From the sequence record OR776998: a stretch of 64,000 nt of DNA; one strand, given 5' to 3'. The notes under the pieces are model-generated. The model did not search any database. It was not told the DNA's origin and saw nothing but the letters and a program-made list of their open reading frames with translations. The translations under genes and the position numbers were made by a program. Source of the stretch: Escherichia phage YX22. Position 1 is the stretch's first letter; each line of letters starts with the position of its first letter. Positions 26,501 to 36,600 of this stretch are shown here, piece after piece.

Positions 26501-28388
26501 CCGCATCGCGTTGACCACCGTCCAGAGTGAAGTTAGAGGTGACGTCAGCGCCATTTGCGTTCTTCACGCTGATCAGCTTGTAACCATCATGGTTCCCAAG
26601 TTGTGCGCTGGCTGTCGCAGTAAACGTCACAGTCTCGGTGGCTTCGGTAACAGTCTTGGTCTTGATCGTCGCTGTGGTGCGGACCATCAATGCCAACAGG
26701 TTGATAGACTGGTTGGCGTACCCCGCGCCCAGGGAAATCTGCAGTGCTGAACCAACCGGAGTACCAGCCAGAGACAGTCCCGAAGAGATATCAAACTGAG
26801 CTGCAGTGCCATCTGCTTTCGCTGCGGAGTACAGTGAAAACTCAGGGCTGAAGCTGTAACCCAGAGGAGCAGAAATTGAGCCTGCACCAGCAGCGTTCAA
26901 CGTGATCTTGTTTGACCGCAGGACAGTGTAGTTGATGTCGATGGTGCCTGTAGGTGCTAGAGTCTTCACACCAAATACAGGCAGAGGGAAGATCAGGTCA
27001 ATTGCTGAACTCTGACTGAACTGATTGGACTCCAGTTCGCAGGAGAACATCGTTGTACCGCTTTCTTCATAAGCGACTTTGGTAACAGTACCCATGTCCC
27101 CAGTCACAACCAGGTCGCGCATATACAGACGGAATTCAGTACCAGAGCGCTCTGCCGAAATCAGCAGGGCGGTGGCCTGCACATCGCTGGATGCGTTCAG
27201 GAACTTGTAGCGGATTGTGCGGGAGACAACCGGAACCCCTTTGGAGTTCTTGGACACCAGATAGTTGCCAGTCGAAACAGCCACAGGGTTGTTGTTCAGG
27301 ATATCAGTGTCACGGGCTTTGTCAATTATGACCAGCTCTTCGCCGAGGTTTTCGATACGACGACCACGAACGTAGGAAATGCCTGGCTTCATAACCGCCA
27401 CGAATTTGCTTTCATCACCACCTTCAGCCGGAGTGTAAACGCCGCCGTTGTTGTTCTGTTTCAGATGTTCGCGCAGGTCGATCTGGTGAGTAGAGACGTT
27501 GTAGTCACCATTGGTCTCATAGGTACGCTGAGCCATGGCGTCTTCGAGGATGTTGTACGTTGACTGGGTGACCATGGACTGAACACGACCGTCTTTCACC
27601 TTCGCCAGTTCAACGAAGTCGGCCACTTCTTCATCATAACCGTAGCGAGACAACACGAGGTCGACGCGCAGGCGATGCGCACCAGGGGCTTTAGAGTTCG
27701 GAGTACCCTGAGCATTGGAGAACAGACTTTCATCTTCTGCTTCGGTCACGATTGTTTCTGTAACTTTGAAGCCAATGCGGTGAGATGTAGAGTTCGATGC
27801 GTTGTCTACGATCAGAGTGGCTGGTTCAACATCCAGGAACATACCACGAACGAAATAAACACCCTTTGTCATGCGAGCGACAATCGAACCGCCAACAGTA
27901 TCGGCCACACCATAGCCGACACGGATGAAGTTATCGTTCACGTCATAGGTGTTGAAATATAGATTGTCGCCAGCTTCGAAACCGTCTGAACTACCACTCT
28001 CAGTCATCTCTAAGATGGCATACATTGTATCTGGCTCAGCCGGATAACGTTCCAAGGACAGGACGCGTGCTTTCGCATTGTTGTCCTTGCCCAGAACATA
28101 GAGTTCGGAGATACCTTCCAGATCAGTGAACTCACTACCACCAGCCAGAGTGAACTTCATGGACACAGCAGTGTTGGTGATCGTTAGGCCGCCGGGGATA
28201 ACCATTGAACCGTCTTTGAACAGATGGTTGCCAAGTTTCTCCAGTTGATCCTGGAAGATGGTCTGCATCTGGTTCAGTTCACGCGTCTGAACTTTGATAG
28301 GTGCCGGACGGAATAGGATGCGCGAAAAACGCTTCTCTGGATTCCAGTCATCCCAATATGGGCGGCGGTTGAGGTTCATTTCTTGCAT
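23550..28388 (-). CDS. very large virion structural protein (baseplate/fibre-associated)
   Basis: 1612 aa from the ATG at 28388 (MQEMNLNRRPYW). The N-terminus RILFRPAPIKVQTRELNQMQTIFQDQLEKLG recalls DUF4815-type phage structural proteins, from memory. Confidence 0.6.
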   Translation of the reverse strand: MQEMNLNRRPYWDDWNPEKRFSRILFRPAPIKVQTRELNQMQTIFQDQLEKLGNHLFKDGSMVIPGGLTITNTAVSMKFTLAGGSEFTDLEGISELYVLGKDNNAKARVLSLERYPAEPDTMYAILEMTESGSSDGFEAGDNLYFNTYDVNDNFIRVGYGVADTVGGSIVARMTKGVYFVRGMFLDVEPATLIVDNASNSTSHRIGFKVTETIVTEAEDESLFSNAQGTPNSKAPGAHRLRVDLVLSRYGYDEEVADFVELAKVKDGRVQSMVTQSTYNILEDAMAQRTYETNGDYNVSTHQIDLREHLKQNNNGGVYTPAEGGDESKFVAVMKPGISYVRGRRIENLGEELVIIDKARDTDILNNNPVAVSTGNYLVSKNSKGVPVVSRTIRYKFLNASSDVQATALLISAERSGTEFRLYMRDLVVTGDMGTVTKVAYEESGTTMFSCELESNQFSQSSAIDLIFPLPVFGVKTLAPTGTIDINYTVLRSNKITLNAAGAGSISAPLGYSFSPEFSLYSAAKADGTAAQFDISSGLSLAGTPVGSALQISLGAGYANQSINLLALMVRTTATIKTKTVTEATETVTFTATASAQLGNHDGYKLISVKNANGADVTSNFTLDGGQRDAAYYLSNLISSTGAISGTFTVVYQYFAHSSGDFFTADSYSSINYPDIPNYVSSSSGTVYGLADSLDFRPKITSGASDTDMVRPNTAIILDAEYYLPRIDAVYLADNGVFNVARGVSSNNLASPAIPDNGMRLYELMIPPYTANIDDIQIRTIDNRRYTMRDIGKLETRISNVEYYTSLSQLESSAMSQQVFDPITGNPRFKNGIAADPFKDFRLIDDLSADWVGSIDTDNGRLRPFVQQNAIDLTPVGWNNVQDGMVVCNYTREISVRQDYATTTINVNPYAVFNWEGFLKLNPTTDYWFENYYVTPRVINETINTRGAIKEGSVYGTWRTVSVSERVWEPHGAGGVWWGYRYRTTVSTRDVTTYTYTDKTTTTLTGEQIVETQVIPYMRKTNINFEATGLRPFTRVYPFFSGRDVSAYCTPNGGALGGALNTDANGNIKGVFAVPQNETIKFNTGDNVFRLTDSPVDSKSADDTLTNAEAVHKSFGKKQGIQKTYVNTRVLGYTATKSTENKTETVEVAKWKDPIAQSFMVATNIGGEYIEGIEVFFSTKSRDIPITLEIREMSNGLPATTVVTRKTLNPSEVSVSTDSSVPTMFKFDYPVYLQAQTEFAIVLLANTQDYNAYIAEMGKKNLLTNEFIAKQPYTGVFFTSSNGTTWTPNQTADMKFRVYRCNFSAGSNIVTFDAKVGPKIRPLGLNTVKCVNGSSTVTVYAPGHGLTAGESVTLSGLTGGCGFTPEQLNAQHTVTDATFTTFKFVLSSNADSDGQIGGEAASFLGNYLVDMFYASVTNSALEGSVLKLEYRYRDATSNSFSDWVEFESDTDVSLPTEGIYRQVGDFQVRATMTRNESNVYTAPMIDGDDFTIIFNTYGVDPFEDVFSYVTKDIGFDNPCTTLKQYFGAMLPSQSSMTVQVKLLRAGQEMDNVAWETVTPTSPLVNDGSAFFEYEYDKTVDSTNPFVGLKIRLLVRGNRIAPPSFKDFRLIALA

Positions 28389-28422
28389 TTTGATGCTCCA
28401 TCGATAGGTGCCATTATAGAGA

Positions 28423-28429
28423 TATTTAG
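28423..28429 (-). promoter_or_regulatory. late-promoter-like core CTAAATAtc
   Basis: 35 nt upstream of the 28388 ATG. Confidence 0.5.
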
Positions 28430-28445
28430 TATACAACCAACCGAG

Positions 28446-28475
28446 GAATAGAAAGAAATAAGCCCGAAGGGGCTT
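28446..28475 (-). terminator. terminator upstream of the late promoter
   Basis: The minus strand forms AAGCCC-cttc-GGGCTT followed by ATTTCTTTCT. Confidence 0.5.
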
Positions 28476-28494
28476 TGATTATCTTTCTGTGGTT

Positions 28495-28626
28495 ATGGTC
28501 ATGGATTCGAGACCTCTGCCATTCATGGTAGATGGTATTCAATTAGGTATGTTTAATATATCAGGTCAGACTATTACCTTAACTGCTGTATCGATTAGGG
28601 TAATGCAAACAGTAAACTCTATATAA
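28495..28626 (+). pseudogene. truncated paralogue of small ORF 33385..33624
   Basis: 43 codons. The last 35 align codon for codon with the 33385 ORF. Confidence 0.4.
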
Positions 28627-28650
28627 AAAGTATTATTAATAAGTAAAAAC
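28522..28650. repeat. 129-bp intergenic repeat, copy A
   Basis: Near-identical to 33520-33648. Confidence 0.85.
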
Positions 28651-28677
28651 AACCCCATAGAAGTGGGGTTGTTTTTA
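28644..28677. terminator. bidirectional terminator
   Basis: AAAAAC-AACCCCA-tagaag-TGGGGTT-GTTTTT. Confidence 0.7.
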
Positions 28678-28689
28678 AGTGATTATTAC

Positions 28690-30603
28690 TTACATAACAA
28701 CTGCGGCAGATATGTATCCTGAATCTTGATACGATCCAGAAAGGTCAAAAACTTCTAAGTTAAAAGAGTCAGGGGATGTACTTACGGCATTAATTACTAA
28801 TTTCCCTCCGCTAGTGGTATTGCCAACACTGCATAAAACAGCATAAGCAGAGGAGGGCATAGTATTAGATAGGTTGACGGTATATTTACCGGTCCCGGTT
28901 TTAGTTACAGTTGCTCCATCCGCATACACTAACGACCCCGAAATTCCATTAAAATTGATCATTGCCCGTGTACATGCACTCGACCTTTTTGCGACGGTAG
29001 ACCCAATAAATGCGTATTCTTGGGCCTTGTTAATATAAATCTTATTAACAGAAGTGTCAGGTACTTGTAAGACGTTGTCTATAACAACATTACAGGCTGT
29101 TGCTCCAGATACGGTAGAGCATCTATCTATCTCATAATTGTCGATATTAATAGCCCTTACAAAACCTATACCCCCAAATGCTGACCAGTTTTGTTTAACA
29201 AGAACACCGGAAATACCGGACAGGAAAATAAGATCGCCTGTCGTATCTTTGCTAAACGTGTTGTTGGTTATTGAAACAGAAGAAGAACGCGGTGAGTGAC
29301 TATCATCTGCAACATATACCCTGGCTAAAGAAGAAGCAGTATTCTCTTCAAAGTAGTTACCATCTACCAGTAACTGCTGTGCACCCCCGGCGACAACACC
29401 TACGTCATAGCCCGTGTTTGCTTCAAATAGAGAGTCTCTGACTATGAAATTTCGTACACTACTTGCAGTACCTGAGTCTCCGATAAGAACACCGTTAACA
29501 CCATCAAAGAAAGTACAATTATCAACTTTAACTACGTTGATATCTACCTTTGACGTTTTTACACCATTTGCACATTTAGCGAAATAGCATGAAGTTAGTT
29601 CAGCTACTCCGGAAAAATAGTCTGGGCTATCGTAATGTAAATAGACCCCATATCGAGCGTTTCTGACAACGCAATCTTGAAGTTTTAAATACCAAGCCCC
29701 ACCGAAATCAAAGCCATCAGATGATGAATCCTGGATATCCAGAAAAAGTCCAGAAATCTTAGCTCCTATCGCACCACCTTGAACCCGAATGGCGGGTGAC
29801 GCTAACCCGGTAAACTTAATTACTGAACCTGTTGTTTGGTCATTAACATGTCCAAAACTATTACCAACAATACATAGACTATCAGTGGCAGTTATGATTA
29901 AAGTAGAGCTTATAAGATAAATACCATCCGGTATGTATAAACTCTTTTTCGAATCTATTGCTGCCTGAAACGCGGCGGTATCATCGGTCACACCGTCGCC
30001 AACAGCCCCGAAGTCCTTGACTGACACCAGGTCTTTATTTTTATCATATAGTGTTCGCTTAATGGAGTTGGCCAGAGGTGACTTAAATCCGACCAGACCA
30101 GCGCCATCATCAGATGCAAGATTGATTCTCAAGGCTGCATCACCAACACTAACCCATTTGCCTAACCCAGTACCACCAGCACTTTCAGGAGTTGAGCCAG
30201 AAGAAACGGTTTTAGGTAACTCGCCATCCCAGCGATACTTACCTGTTGTATGGGTAAGCAATTCATTTTTAACATTAAGTGTAGCACCAGTGTCAAACGA
30301 CCCAGGCAATGTAACGTATTCTTCACGGGATACGGCTAATTCCCCAAGATCTATGGAACCAGCTGAATGTACAAGTACAGCATTAGTACCAAGACTTACA
30401 GCAGTAGTTCCTGCCGGAAGTACAGGTAATGAGTAAGCTCGTTGAGTAGTCTTATCGTAAATGACCTTGTAACCACCTAAGTCTACACCTACAGCAAAGT
30501 AGACTACTTCATTCTGCTTAACACCAAACTTACGGGCAATGGCTTGCTTATTGGTAAGAATACCAGTGGAGCCTTTACCACCTTGGGAGAACATCTCGTT
30601 CAT
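28690..30603 (-). CDS. tailspike, pectate-lyase-type beta-helix depolymerase
   Basis: Shared N-terminal module, then DFGAVGDGVTDDTAAFQAAIDS, the typical start of a pectate_lyase_3 tailspike. A+T-rich. Confidence 0.75.
   Translation of the reverse strand: MNEMFSQGGKGSTGILTNKQAIARKFGVKQNEVVYFAVGVDLGGYKVIYDKTTQRAYSLPVLPAGTTAVSLGTNAVLVHSAGSIDLGELAVSREEYVTLPGSFDTGATLNVKNELLTHTTGKYRWDGELPKTVSSGSTPESAGGTGLGKWVSVGDAALRINLASDDGAGLVGFKSPLANSIKRTLYDKNKDLVSVKDFGAVGDGVTDDTAAFQAAIDSKKSLYIPDGIYLISSTLIITATDSLCIVGNSFGHVNDQTTGSVIKFTGLASPAIRVQGGAIGAKISGLFLDIQDSSSDGFDFGGAWYLKLQDCVVRNARYGVYLHYDSPDYFSGVAELTSCYFAKCANGVKTSKVDINVVKVDNCTFFDGVNGVLIGDSGTASSVRNFIVRDSLFEANTGYDVGVVAGGAQQLLVDGNYFEENTASSLARVYVADDSHSPRSSSVSITNNTFSKDTTGDLIFLSGISGVLVKQNWSAFGGIGFVRAINIDNYEIDRCSTVSGATACNVVIDNVLQVPDTSVNKIYINKAQEYAFIGSTVAKRSSACTRAMINFNGISGSLVYADGATVTKTGTGKYTVNLSNTMPSSAYAVLCSVGNTTSGGKLVINAVSTSPDSFNLEVFDLSGSYQDSGYISAAVVM
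30124..30603. repeat. ~480-bp shared RBP N-module, copy 1
   Basis: Encodes ..YKVIYDKTTQRAYSLP..VSREEYVTLPGSFDTGATLNVKNELLTH..KYRWDGELPKTV... Also similar at DNA level to the other copies. Confidence 0.8.
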
Positions 30604-30660
30604 AACAACCTCTTTGTTTTTCTAGTAAACCACCCCTTATGGGGGTGGGGGAGTAGTTGA

Positions 30661-33324
30661 TTAGCTTAATGGTTTTACTTCCCATCGCTTGTCATAGTAA
30701 TGTGCAAAACCACAGTAGGATACAGACAGATGAACGATTGCATTTACTAGGCTTGCTGTAGGTAATGCAATTCTGACAAATGTTTTACCGTCACGTACCA
30801 GTTTAGTTACTGTTACCCCGGAAAGAGATTTATCACCAGCAATCATATTAGACCAGACTGCACCAGAGGCTACATTTTCCTGTGTGCTACCGGATAGCCC
30901 AAACAGAATACTGCCCCCTGATTCAGTACCAGCCAAACCATTTTTGTTAACTGGAATGATATCTGCACGCCCAGCAACGAAGCAACCATCTGGGATTTTA
31001 GTCTCTTCCCCTACAGCACAGAGAAATATATCCAAAGCCCTGTTCCATGGAACCAGTACAGTAGCTTCCTTGTGGTCAACACTCCGGAAGAACGAACTGC
31101 TATTAGAGTGAATTGCCGACAAAGTAGTGCCTGTATATGAGTTACGACCCTGTACAATATCTTCTCCATATACCCTGCCCCGGTAAAGGTTACCACGGTT
31201 ATATGTAGATATTGTGTAGGAACCATCGCTAACTTTTAAAAATTCAAAATTACTATTTAATGTAACACTACGCCCAATATACTGGTTACTTGGAGAAGTG
31301 GTATTCTCCATCAATTTGATAGCATAGTCAGAGTTAACGTAACCACTGTCAAAGATAATCCTACCAGCCTGGTACTCATTAGTAGGTAACTCAATAAAAT
31401 GAGTTACACCAGTATTCATTTTAGACTGAATCCAACAAGAAACATCTCTGAATACGATTGTTGTTTGTGCAGCAGGGGAAGCTAACTGTGAGAAGTCTAA
31501 TGCCACTGGCCCATTTATCCCTTCAATACCGAAGCCAGAGAATGAGAGGCTACGAATATCTCCATAAAATTTATGAGGTAAAATGCAACCATCTGCTGCA
31601 ATGTTGCTAGTAGCAACATACATGACAGGCAATCCATTACTGACTGGCTCATATGTAGTACGGTTAATGGCAGCTCCCCATAAAAAACCAATGTCACAAT
31701 GGTGTGCCCAAATAGATGACATATCCGTACTAGTGCTTCCATTGATACCAAAACCATAGGTACAGTCATATGCATACAAATTGGTCATAACACTAACAAA
31801 GCAAGCCATAGGCAAAGCGAACTTATAGTGGTAAAAGTCCACATCATGCACATTAAATGTCTTACCGCCACCACCTATGCCATTGCTTAAATCGAATGAA
31901 CTAATAACAAGAGGACTACCTACGTAATCAGAATCAGCATTTCGGAAAGAGAGGCGACCAATAGTAATATTGTGTCCCCATCTGGTAGAGATGAATCCAC
32001 CCTTACCTGATGTATAAATAATACTTTGTCTCTGACCAAGACCCGTAATGGATAGAGATCTGCCAGTCCAACGCTGATTGCTAATATCAATCTGTGTATC
32101 ACCAATATACATTGGTTGGGTAATTTTGATATTCAACCCATTAGCTACAGCATATGAATAGGTTGCTAACAAAGCATCCCCATCATTGTGCACACCAGTC
32201 AGGTCAGCAGCCCCCATACTTGGTGCTTTAGGATACGGACCGCCCTGAATGGTGCTGCCGTCGATATATGGGGCGTCCATCCACGCACCAAACATAGATG
32301 GGGTAACTTCGGTGCTACCACGTAAATCACGTACCCAACGTTTGCCGGATGCAGTAACAATAGTCATACCATTATCATCTGCTGATGTAACAGATGGTTT
32401 ATATACAAAATACCCGCCACCTAAATCACCGGCATTGGTTGCAATCATACCGTCAGTATGGGCTTCTACGTAAATACGTTGTTCAGCATAGGTAGGCTCA
32501 ATTGTTCGCAGTACTGCAATATTGGGGCATGTACCAATCAGCTTACTACCATCAGGCTTGCTCAGGTCTTCTCTGAGACTAGCACCAGAATTTGGGACTT
32601 CCATCAAATCTACGGTAATGTTACCTGGACTGTAGGTTAACTGACCATTAGACACAGAACTAATATAGACATTGGTCGGTAATGAAGGCAGGCCATAAAT
32701 TTTCTGAGCAGCTGCATCGAAGATAACTTTCTTGTTATCGAGTACTTGAGATGTATCCGTATTAAGAATTACCTCAGAATCTTTTACATTAGCTGAACGA
32801 GCGATTTCTTGAATACTTCGGTCAAACAACGGACTGATATTCGGTTGTTTAACAGACATTTCAGCGACTACCCAAACGCCTGCAGTCAGCGCAGTTTGTA
32901 AAGACACTTTCCCTGTCGTGCTGTCATAGGAATATTCAATTTCTGGTGTTTTGTACTCACCACCGATATAAAGAGATTGGACTCCATAAGATGTGTAATC
33001 AGGAGTGAACTCGGTTTCACCTCCTATAGCCTGAAACTTATAGATTCGAATCCCGGTTTTATAATCTTCTGGAGACAGAATCTTATCAAACAGACAGAAC
33101 ACAACGTCACCTTTGGATAATGCACACCCGAGATTCAACGTATTTCCATCGATTTCAAAGTTGTCTAACGGAACTTGCATACCACCGTTGATTGTGACTA
33201 TACCCGTGACAGGGTAGAAAGGGAGGGAGATAAACTTCTCTCCGCCCGTTGCTGTGTAAGTGTATGGAATCTGGTGCGGAGCTGTTACGACCGCTCCAAA
33301 GATGCTCTCGACGTTTCTGGTCAT
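30661..33324 (-). CDS. tailspike/receptor-binding protein with N-terminal docking domains
   Basis: 887 aa from the ATG at 33324 (MTRNVESIF). Ig-like N-terminal repeats, a weak copy of the shared module, and a large C-terminal domain. A+T-rich. Confidence 0.6.
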   Translation of the reverse strand: MTRNVESIFGAVVTAPHQIPYTYTATGGEKFISLPFYPVTGIVTINGGMQVPLDNFEIDGNTLNLGCALSKGDVVFCLFDKILSPEDYKTGIRIYKFQAIGGETEFTPDYTSYGVQSLYIGGEYKTPEIEYSYDSTTGKVSLQTALTAGVWVVAEMSVKQPNISPLFDRSIQEIARSANVKDSEVILNTDTSQVLDNKKVIFDAAAQKIYGLPSLPTNVYISSVSNGQLTYSPGNITVDLMEVPNSGASLREDLSKPDGSKLIGTCPNIAVLRTIEPTYAEQRIYVEAHTDGMIATNAGDLGGGYFVYKPSVTSADDNGMTIVTASGKRWVRDLRGSTEVTPSMFGAWMDAPYIDGSTIQGGPYPKAPSMGAADLTGVHNDGDALLATYSYAVANGLNIKITQPMYIGDTQIDISNQRWTGRSLSITGLGQRQSIIYTSGKGGFISTRWGHNITIGRLSFRNADSDYVGSPLVISSFDLSNGIGGGGKTFNVHDVDFYHYKFALPMACFVSVMTNLYAYDCTYGFGINGSTSTDMSSIWAHHCDIGFLWGAAINRTTYEPVSNGLPVMYVATSNIAADGCILPHKFYGDIRSLSFSGFGIEGINGPVALDFSQLASPAAQTTIVFRDVSCWIQSKMNTGVTHFIELPTNEYQAGRIIFDSGYVNSDYAIKLMENTTSPSNQYIGRSVTLNSNFEFLKVSDGSYTISTYNRGNLYRGRVYGEDIVQGRNSYTGTTLSAIHSNSSSFFRSVDHKEATVLVPWNRALDIFLCAVGEETKIPDGCFVAGRADIIPVNKNGLAGTESGGSILFGLSGSTQENVASGAVWSNMIAGDKSLSGVTVTKLVRDGKTFVRIALPTASLVNAIVHLSVSYCGFAHYYDKRWEVKPLS

Positions 33325-33330
33325 TTGAAG

Positions 33331-33404
33331 ATACCCCATAGAGGATTTGCCAATATGGGGTATTTAGTCTGAACTAATAAATTTATGAACAAAGGTATAA
33401 CAAG
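33331..33404. repeat. ~74-bp promoter/leader repeat, copy A
   Basis: Matches 36708-36780 with a 1-nt indel. It includes the late motif and the first 20 nt of the small plus-strand ORF. Confidence 0.8.
33361..33367 (-). promoter_or_regulatory. late-promoter-like core CTAAATAcccc
   Basis: Forms a 10-bp inverted repeat (33331-40 with 33354-63) that spans the promoter and the RBS. Confidence 0.55.
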
Positions 33405-33624
33405 GAGAACCAATGGAACTACAATAGTAGGTTCAGATGCCAGTACCAAAGTTCAGGGTGTAGATATAGCCAACAGGGATAACGTTTTAGCTACTTACAC
33501 ACTAGGTTCAGCAGACCCTTTCATGGTGGATGGTATACAGTTAGGTATGTTCAACATATCAGGTCAGACTATTACCTTAACTGCTGTATCAGTAAGGGTA
33601 ATGCAAACAGTAAACTCTATATAA
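33385..33624 (+). CDS. small conserved protein antisense to the tailspike operon
   Basis: 79 aa. Against the partial copy at 28522-28626, 7 codons differ and 6 of those are synonymous third-position changes in this frame. Confidence 0.6.
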   Translation: MNKGITRRTNGTTIVGSDASTKVQGVDIANRDNVLATYTLGSADPFMVDGIQLGMFNISGQTITLTAVSVRVMQTVNSI

Positions 33625-33648
33625 AAAGTATTATTAATAAGTAAAAAC
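33520..33648. repeat. 129-bp intergenic repeat, copy B
   Basis: Near-identical to 28522-28650. Confidence 0.85.
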
Positions 33649-33676
33649 TAACCCCGCCGAAGCGGGGTTTTGTTTA
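33643..33676. terminator. bidirectional terminator
   Basis: AACCCCGC-cgaa-GCGGGGTT with A- and T-tracts on either side. Confidence 0.7.
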
Positions 33677-36600
33677 TTACTTCTGTTCAAGAGCAGAAAG
33701 TCTGGCTTCGATTCTTTCCAGTTTTCTTCGCTGATAAGCAGCTTCAGCAAAGAAAATTCCGTCAGGCCGCACGCCCCACTCCTCACCCTCTTCGTGAATA
33801 ACCACCTCAGTGAATACAGGCTCTTCCGTGGTGGTGACATTACCCTCCTCGTCAGTGTGTTCAACGATTTCATTGTGCGAAAATACCATATCGGTCATCC
33901 GTGGATACTTGTCATAGCACAGAACGGCATAACGACAATCCGTACTGTTTTCGTCCATCAGACCATGTGCAATGAATACATCACGAATTTGCTGAGCAAT
34001 AACCCCGAAGTGAATACGAGCTTCATTGCCTTTCAGTTGAACAGCATCTAACCACTGGTACATGATGTAGTGAACGTCACCCCAGGCATCCAGGAAAGCA
34101 TCATCAAAAACTACCGGCTCCGTTTTCTTCTCTCCGTTAGAAGTAACAATAGGGTTGCTTCCGAGGTATGCAGTGGTGAAACGGTTGCTGGGCCCACCAA
34201 GAGCAATAGCGTTATCGTTATAAGGCTTAACATCAGCAGTCTGGAACAGGTGCTCAGCTCCGTTGTAAACTATCCTGCGAGAAGCTGTGTTATTCGCACC
34301 GTAAAGCGTAATCTGTGCACCAGTAGAAGAACTGGTTCCTTCTCCACCGCAAAATATGGTGCGCTGTCCTGCTGGGTTATTAGTAGGTACAGATTTCCCA
34401 ATAAACCCATACTCGCCTTCCAGTAGCATTTCAGAGCGAATGTTATTACTGGTGCTGGCCCTAAGGGTCACATGACCTAAACCCAAATCTCCTGTAAATT
34501 CCATTGGCGCAGGGACAGTGCGAACCCCATTCGTATCAAAAAACACGGGAACAGCTCTGTCAGGTACAGCACCATATCTGAAATCCCTGGAAACACGATT
34601 GTCTGGGCCAATCTTCATTTTGTAGCAATACAAATCTGAGGGATGACCATCTGATTTGAATGGGTCTTTCGCTGAGTTATCTCCATATGTCCAGGGGTTC
34701 AGATGGTCTTCCCCACCGAACATGTAATAGATATAACTATCCTTAACAACCACTGAGCCAACACCGACTCCAGAGTTGACAATACCGCCCTGATAAATCT
34801 GGTCAGTGATATTCACCCACTGAGTATTATCCAGGTTCCAGGTGTCTAGGTTCACTCGCGTGTAGAACGTTCGTGGATAAGAAGTAAAGTATCGTTGATC
34901 AGGTACATTGGCTTCCCATTCGTTATCAGCACGCTCTGTGGCGAAAATGATTAGTTCATTACCGACTTTAGCGAACGGCAACGTAGAGTGGTGAACATTA
35001 TTAGGAAATCTGAGTGATTCCCAAGTCATGCCCAAATCATGACTACGATGCAACGAACTCCCCAAACGATCTGAACGAGTACCACGAGTTAAGACATAAA
35101 GAACGCCATCAAAATATTTAACGCAAGGCTCTGCCGCATCAGGTTCATAATCAGCAGGAATACGACGTTTTTGGTATAAACCCGGGTTATTAAACGCATC
35201 CGGGAAATACAACATGCCAACTTCACGAGGAGCAACATCACCTTGGTGATACCCCATCATGAATGAATCATTATTGATGGCGGTAAAACTATGAACTTCA
35301 GTCACCATTGGGATTAACCCAAGGCTGGTTTTACGCCACGGCGACTCATGGAACGATGTACCCATATGCCAACGGCTGGTAGAATTATTTTGGTCAAACG
35401 CCTGTTGATTTGGCGTGGTAACTGTGAAAGTGTTGCGGTCAATAACTGAAGTTACAGTCATATTCCCTGAAACTCCAGTCACCCCAGAGTTTGAGAAGTT
35501 AACAAAATCCCCAGCAAAAAGACCGTGTTCAGGGATAGTAATTACAGCCACAGGCTGGTTGGCGGCTTTAGTGATACCGCCTGTCGGATGGTAGTTACGG
35601 GACATGGGGCGATCCCACAACTCACAGGTTACCAGTGCGTTAGATGCCAATGTACGGGTCTCAATCATCGCAAAGAGACGATTACGCATCACCCCCATAC
35701 TCATGCAGTGGTAGTTAACTGTCGGATAGTCAGGATGTAGGTCGGTTAACCACTCCGGGGTTGTCCAGGTCTGTCCGTCATCCCCTGAACGAACCCAGGA
35801 TACATGCAGCCTGCTAACCCCATGTCTATCACTAGCCATGAACGGACAGTAAATAACATCGTCGTAAACGAACGCTTTATCTTGTGGCCACGCATTGTAA
35901 TAAGGGGTGTCCGTTATTTTGAACAGCTCGCCCTGAACAAATTCTTCAGAGGCATAATAAAGCGGCTGACCAGGAATACGCTCATAAACAAAACGAGTGT
36001 TGACGAATCGACTAATGTCAGGCAAGGATGTGACCTTATATGTCTTCCCATTGCCATTAATTTTCTGACCAACTGGTGCGGCGTTTAATACGCCATTAAG
36101 CGCTGAGGTGTCATCGGTGACCCCATCACCTTTTGCATTCCACCCGCGCGGGTCGAATGTGTCTCTCCATCTTGCGATCTGCAAATCTGGATATTTTGTT
36201 GCGCCATCAGGGTCAGAAAGCTGGCTTCTTAATGAAGCATCACCAACACTAACCCATGCACCAGTTCCAGTGCCACCAGTACTCCCAGGAGTTGAACCAG
36301 CTGGAACTGTTTTAGGGAATTCACCCTCCCAACGATACTTACCCGCTACATGAGTAAGGAGTTCATTTTTAACATTAAGTGTAGCACCAGTATCAAACGA
36401 CCCAGGTAAAGTCACATATTCTTCGCGACTTACGGCTAACTCCCCAAGGTCTACAGAACCAGCCGAATGAGCGAGGATTGCCTGTTCGTTCAGACTAACA
36501 GCAGTCGTTCCTGAAACAATACCTGAAGGAAGAGAATAAGCCCGTTGGGTAGACTCATCATAAATTACTTTAAATCCACTGAGATCAATACCAGCAGTGA

